A stretch of 64,000 bases of DNA from Bugula neritina (Eukaryota; Animalia; Bryozoa). Below the pieces are notes generated by a model. That model was not told the origin of the DNA. It did no database searches and saw nothing but the letters and a program-made list of their open reading frames with translations. This document shows positions 60,901 through 64,000 of the stretch, piece by piece; position 1 is the first letter of the stretch; every line of letters begins with the position of its first letter. The DNA is taken from contig OZ037767.1 of NCBI GenBank assembly GCA_964035545.1, positions 24,940,628-25,004,627 of the forward strand, given 5' to 3'. The translations under genes and the position numbers were made by a program.

Positions 60901-63900
60901 TATAACACAATGTCTGCTAAATTTAGGGTAGTTAATGGGATATTGTTGTTGTGTAACTGCACCAAGTCTTATCAGCACTTTTTAGTCAATACAGATAATC
61001 ATTATTAGATTATCAGCATTGTCCTATAGCCACACAATAGCTTTTTCCAGAAGACTAATTTTCTCTCCAAGAGGAGTTTTTTTCACAAACATTACTGGCT
61101 GCCAATTCTATACTCAACTGAACCAGTCCGTTTATTCTCTACATATAACTAATAATAAATAACATAACATAGGGTTGCACGTACTACATGGTGGGAGAAG
61201 ACCAAATCTAGGGGTTAGATCATCGTTGGCTTAGTAAACGCGAAGTCATGGGTTCGAACCTGACAAAGGCTATTGGTGATGTTAAGAAAAAATCCAGTTA
61301 TAATTGCTTCTGTGCCACATCTGAATAAGTCTTTAGCCTGATTTAACAAAAACGTTTTTCATCAGGGGTTTCTCACAGGGATGGTGACTGTGTGATTTTT
61401 TTTGTGTGCAGTACATAGAATAGTGCAGTGCATAGGAGTGAACAGTGTATTAATATCTATTGTAGCTGGTTGGTATTGTGCCCACTGATCCGTCTATCCT
61501 GGCAAGACTTGGAGAGATGCACGACAGTGAAGGAGACAAGTCACTGGCTTTCCAGTATCACTACGATGTACGGAATTACAGCATTATTCAGTACTAGTAT
61601 CTAGTATTCAGTATCTAGTATTCAGTATCTAGTATTCAGTATCTAGTATTCAGTATCTAGTATTCAGTATCTAGTATTCAGTATCTAGTATTCAGTATCT
61701 AGTATTCAGTATCTAGTATTTAGTATATGACTTGTAATTAGCAGTATCAGAAGCATTTATTATTTAGTATTTAGTTTAGTTTTAACTTTTAATTGCACTA
61801 ATAGTAGCTAATGAGTAGTATAATATTAATTTTGAAATGCATCCTAATTTAGATATAGCCTACAGTTATATTGAGGGAGTTATCTTTTCATAAGACAACT
61901 TTTTATGGGCCATTTTATTGAATTTAACTTATGCTACATGATAGGTTAGGTAGCTATTACATATGATTCATGTATATTTTTTGCCAAACTGGTCAAATAT
62001 TCTTTAAATAGATTGGCAAGTACTGATCCATGAAGCTGGTGATTGCTAGTTGTTGGCAATGCAGCCACAGTCTGATACAGCAAACATAACATTACAATGC
62101 CCAAAACTATTTTTGTATTACTGTTGTACAAATATGAAACAAATTTATATTCACATTTGGCAGTTAAATGATAAAATGCAGAGCACTTTCTAATGTACCA
62201 TCAAACACAATATGTTGTAAACTAAGGCATAAGTATATATCATATTTCTACCTGTCAAAGTACATTATGTAAGAAATGGGGCGCAGATGGCTACGTATTT
62301 AATAACTTTTAGTTTTGATTAGGTTTCACAATTTGGTCTACAAGTATGATTTACCACTCTATGTTATAAGTATGGAATTTTAATCTAAATATGAGTTTTA
62401 AGACCCCTGAAGCAGTTTGACCTCTGAACTATTCATCCACCCAGACACGAAATCCTGTAGATATTTCATACTTGTTGGTAACATTTTCCTTGATTGTTCC
62501 ACAGCAACTTATAATTATAAAGTATGGCATATTAGTGAGTAATAATGTATGCTTCCCTAATGTCATTGCAAGAATGTAAACTCCCATAAACTGTGTCATA
62601 GTTAATTTAGGGTATTCTCATCATGTAATCTAAACTAGAATCAATGGACATTGGTGTTTATGCTTATTGTATTTATGTACTTTCGTTGTTTATTGTCACA
62701 TAGGTGTAGTAGTGGAAAGTTTTTTAATAACTTTAATTTTTCACTAAATTTTGGTTTAGGACAAGGGTTGGTTAAAAATTCTCACAAGAACATAACTTTT
62801 GCTACATTTTTAATGTAGAACACAGGCTTTCCTCCCTTACTGCACCTACCTCGTTATATTGTACTCTATGATTGACTCATTTTATCTGCTGCACAGTCGT
62901 ACCGATACTTCCCTTCTAACATCGAGATCATAGAGTGGCTTGGAGCTTACTATATTGAGTCTCAGTTCTGTGAAAAAGCTGTGTCGTACTTTGAAAGAGC
63001 CTCCATTATTCAGTGAGTCTTTCATCTTTTTTAATTTTGTTTAATTGTGCAATATTTCACACATTTCATACTGTCTGTCGTATGATGTTACAATCAAAAT
63101 AATTGTTATATTTGAAGTGATGCATGAACTGAATTATGTTTTAGCCCATTATCATTTCGTTGATTGATTAAACATGATCCTTTTTAATTCCCTGCCAACC
63201 TAATATAAATTAATTTAAAGAATTTTAAGGAGAATTTAGTGGCTACTGTTGAAATGGCTTATATAACTTTACAGATCAGTGTAGTTTTACTTGATGTCTA
63301 CATATGCAAACACTCATAGTTAGTCAAAAACATAATGAAGAAGTCTTTTTCTATAGCCTAATATCTTAGTGGGCACGTGCCTTACTATATAGGAACACTA
63401 CAGCGCCAACCTGCTTCTTTCAATTCTACAATTTACTTCAAACTCACATAGTATAGTTGTCTTCTTTTTTAAATTATTGGACTTGAGTAGGTAGCATAAT
63501 ATGCTGCAAAGAAGACAAACGTGACTTGCATTCTGCCAAGTAACTATTAGCTCACTCCCTATGGATTAGTGCTGGTATAACCAGCGAGTATGTGCAAGTA
63601 GACATGACTTTCAGGTTCAGGTGATTGCTTGTTTGTTGGCAAATCTACCTGCTATTATGTTCAGTGCTTCGCTTATCAGATTTGGCGAAGAAGAATCAAT
63701 GCTAATCACGGTTTATTTCTTTAAATTATATTATAACATTTGGCATGTCAACTTTAATACATTTTATTGATTTCACTTTTTTGCTACTTATTAGTAACAA
63801 TATTTTGGTAGGGGTATGTTTTCATCGTGTATAATTTTAATGTTGAAAACGTGTAACGTGCTTTAGACCCAATCATGTGAAATGGCACCTCATGGTTGCA

Positions 63901-63993
63901 AGTTGTCACAGGAGGAGTGGAAATTATCAACAAGCACTTGAAACTTACAAGTTCATACATAAAAAGTTTCCCGATAACATAGAATGCCTCAAG
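51918..63993 (+). CDS. IFT88: Intraflagellar transport protein 88 (3' end beyond the window)
   Basis: MTTERVHLAGDDEDDLYSGF, AAFQHAVKTSQGRRPP, RPMTAVRGAGYSS, ALEKAKEAGRKER, NLDLTYSILFNLANQY, GRLKVNMGNIY...KAIKYYRMALDQVP, DLEIDKAIMYL, SYRYFPSNIEIIEWLGAYYIESQFCEKA and KWHLMVASCHRRSGNYQQA. About 15 GT-AG exons are visible; the last is 63867-63993. Confidence 0.97.
53604..53800 (+). repeat. TACTTACTCTGT-based tandem repeat seeded at an IFT88 exon/intron junction
   Basis: ACTTACTCT|GTAAGTGTATATTAC occurs with GT at 53614 and 53671, followed by many degenerate TACTTACTCTGTG units. Confidence 0.9.
55405..55636. repeat. ~20-bp minisatellite (AAGTTACTGTAATGTACTGT-like) filling most of an IFT88 intron
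   Basis: About 11 degenerate copies, ending just before the 55642 acceptor. Confidence 0.85.
56675..56776. repeat. 49-bp tandem duplication
   Basis: TAGTTGAGTA(C/T)TATAGTAGAAATTATTATAGTA(G/A)ACACCCATAAAATTAT occurs twice. Confidence 0.85.
57140..57400. repeat. 44-bp minisatellite (~6 copies)
   Basis: Unit TATAGTACAGCACATGTTTTATACTATATAGAATATAGTATAGC. Confidence 0.88.
59110..59305. repeat. (CTA/CTG)n trinucleotide tract in an IFT88 intron
   Basis: It explains the poly-Leu and poly-Ser ORFs 59020-59340 and 59025-59306. Confidence 0.9.
61190..61320 (+). mobile_element. Degenerate tRNA-derived SINE fragment
   Basis: B-box-like GGTTCGAACC at 61251-61260, preceded by a decayed tRNA-like segment. 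There is no full cloverleaf. Confidence 0.45.
61585..61727. repeat. 14-bp minisatellite (TATTCAGTATCTAG)8 plus partial units
   Basis: Eight perfect copies at 61605-61716, starting shortly after an IFT88 donor site. Confidence 0.95.
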
Positions 63994-64000
63994 GTGAGAG

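Noticed and set aside
57140-61727. CRISPR-like arrays
   Set aside because: Head-to-tail minisatellites without unique spacers, located in eukaryotic introns.

Overview
This is AT-rich, intron-containing genomic DNA from an invertebrate animal; the species cannot be determined from the window. I built nine spliced protein-coding gene models by hand from GT-AG junctions: NAA38/LSMD1 (+), CDC42 (+), OTUD3 (-), DDX19/Dbp5 (+), UBXN10 (-), a secreted PAN/Apple + C-type lectin protein (-), DCTN4 (-), a DUF1647-like type II membrane protein (+) and IFT88 (+, runs off the 3' end). Mobile DNA comprises a young full-length Ty3/Gypsy element with identical 145-bp LTRs, a 5'-truncated LINE, a SINE remnant, and a 339-bp TRIM-like element whose LTR-like repeats contain a tRNA-derived Pol III promoter. 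The most interesting unexplained signals are: (1) a ~120-nt candidate Sm-class small RNA with spliced-leader/SmY-like topology at 17740-17860 (-), next to a perfect 32-bp palindrome with CCAAT boxes; (2) the tRNA-in-LTR mini-retrotransposon; (3) period-3/6 low-complexity tracts that lie at the 5' ends of the broadly expressed genes; (4) near-identical X-box-like motifs upstream of the two ciliary genes; (5) tandem repeats that duplicate splice donors. Gene names rest on my recall of family motifs; no database searches were run.
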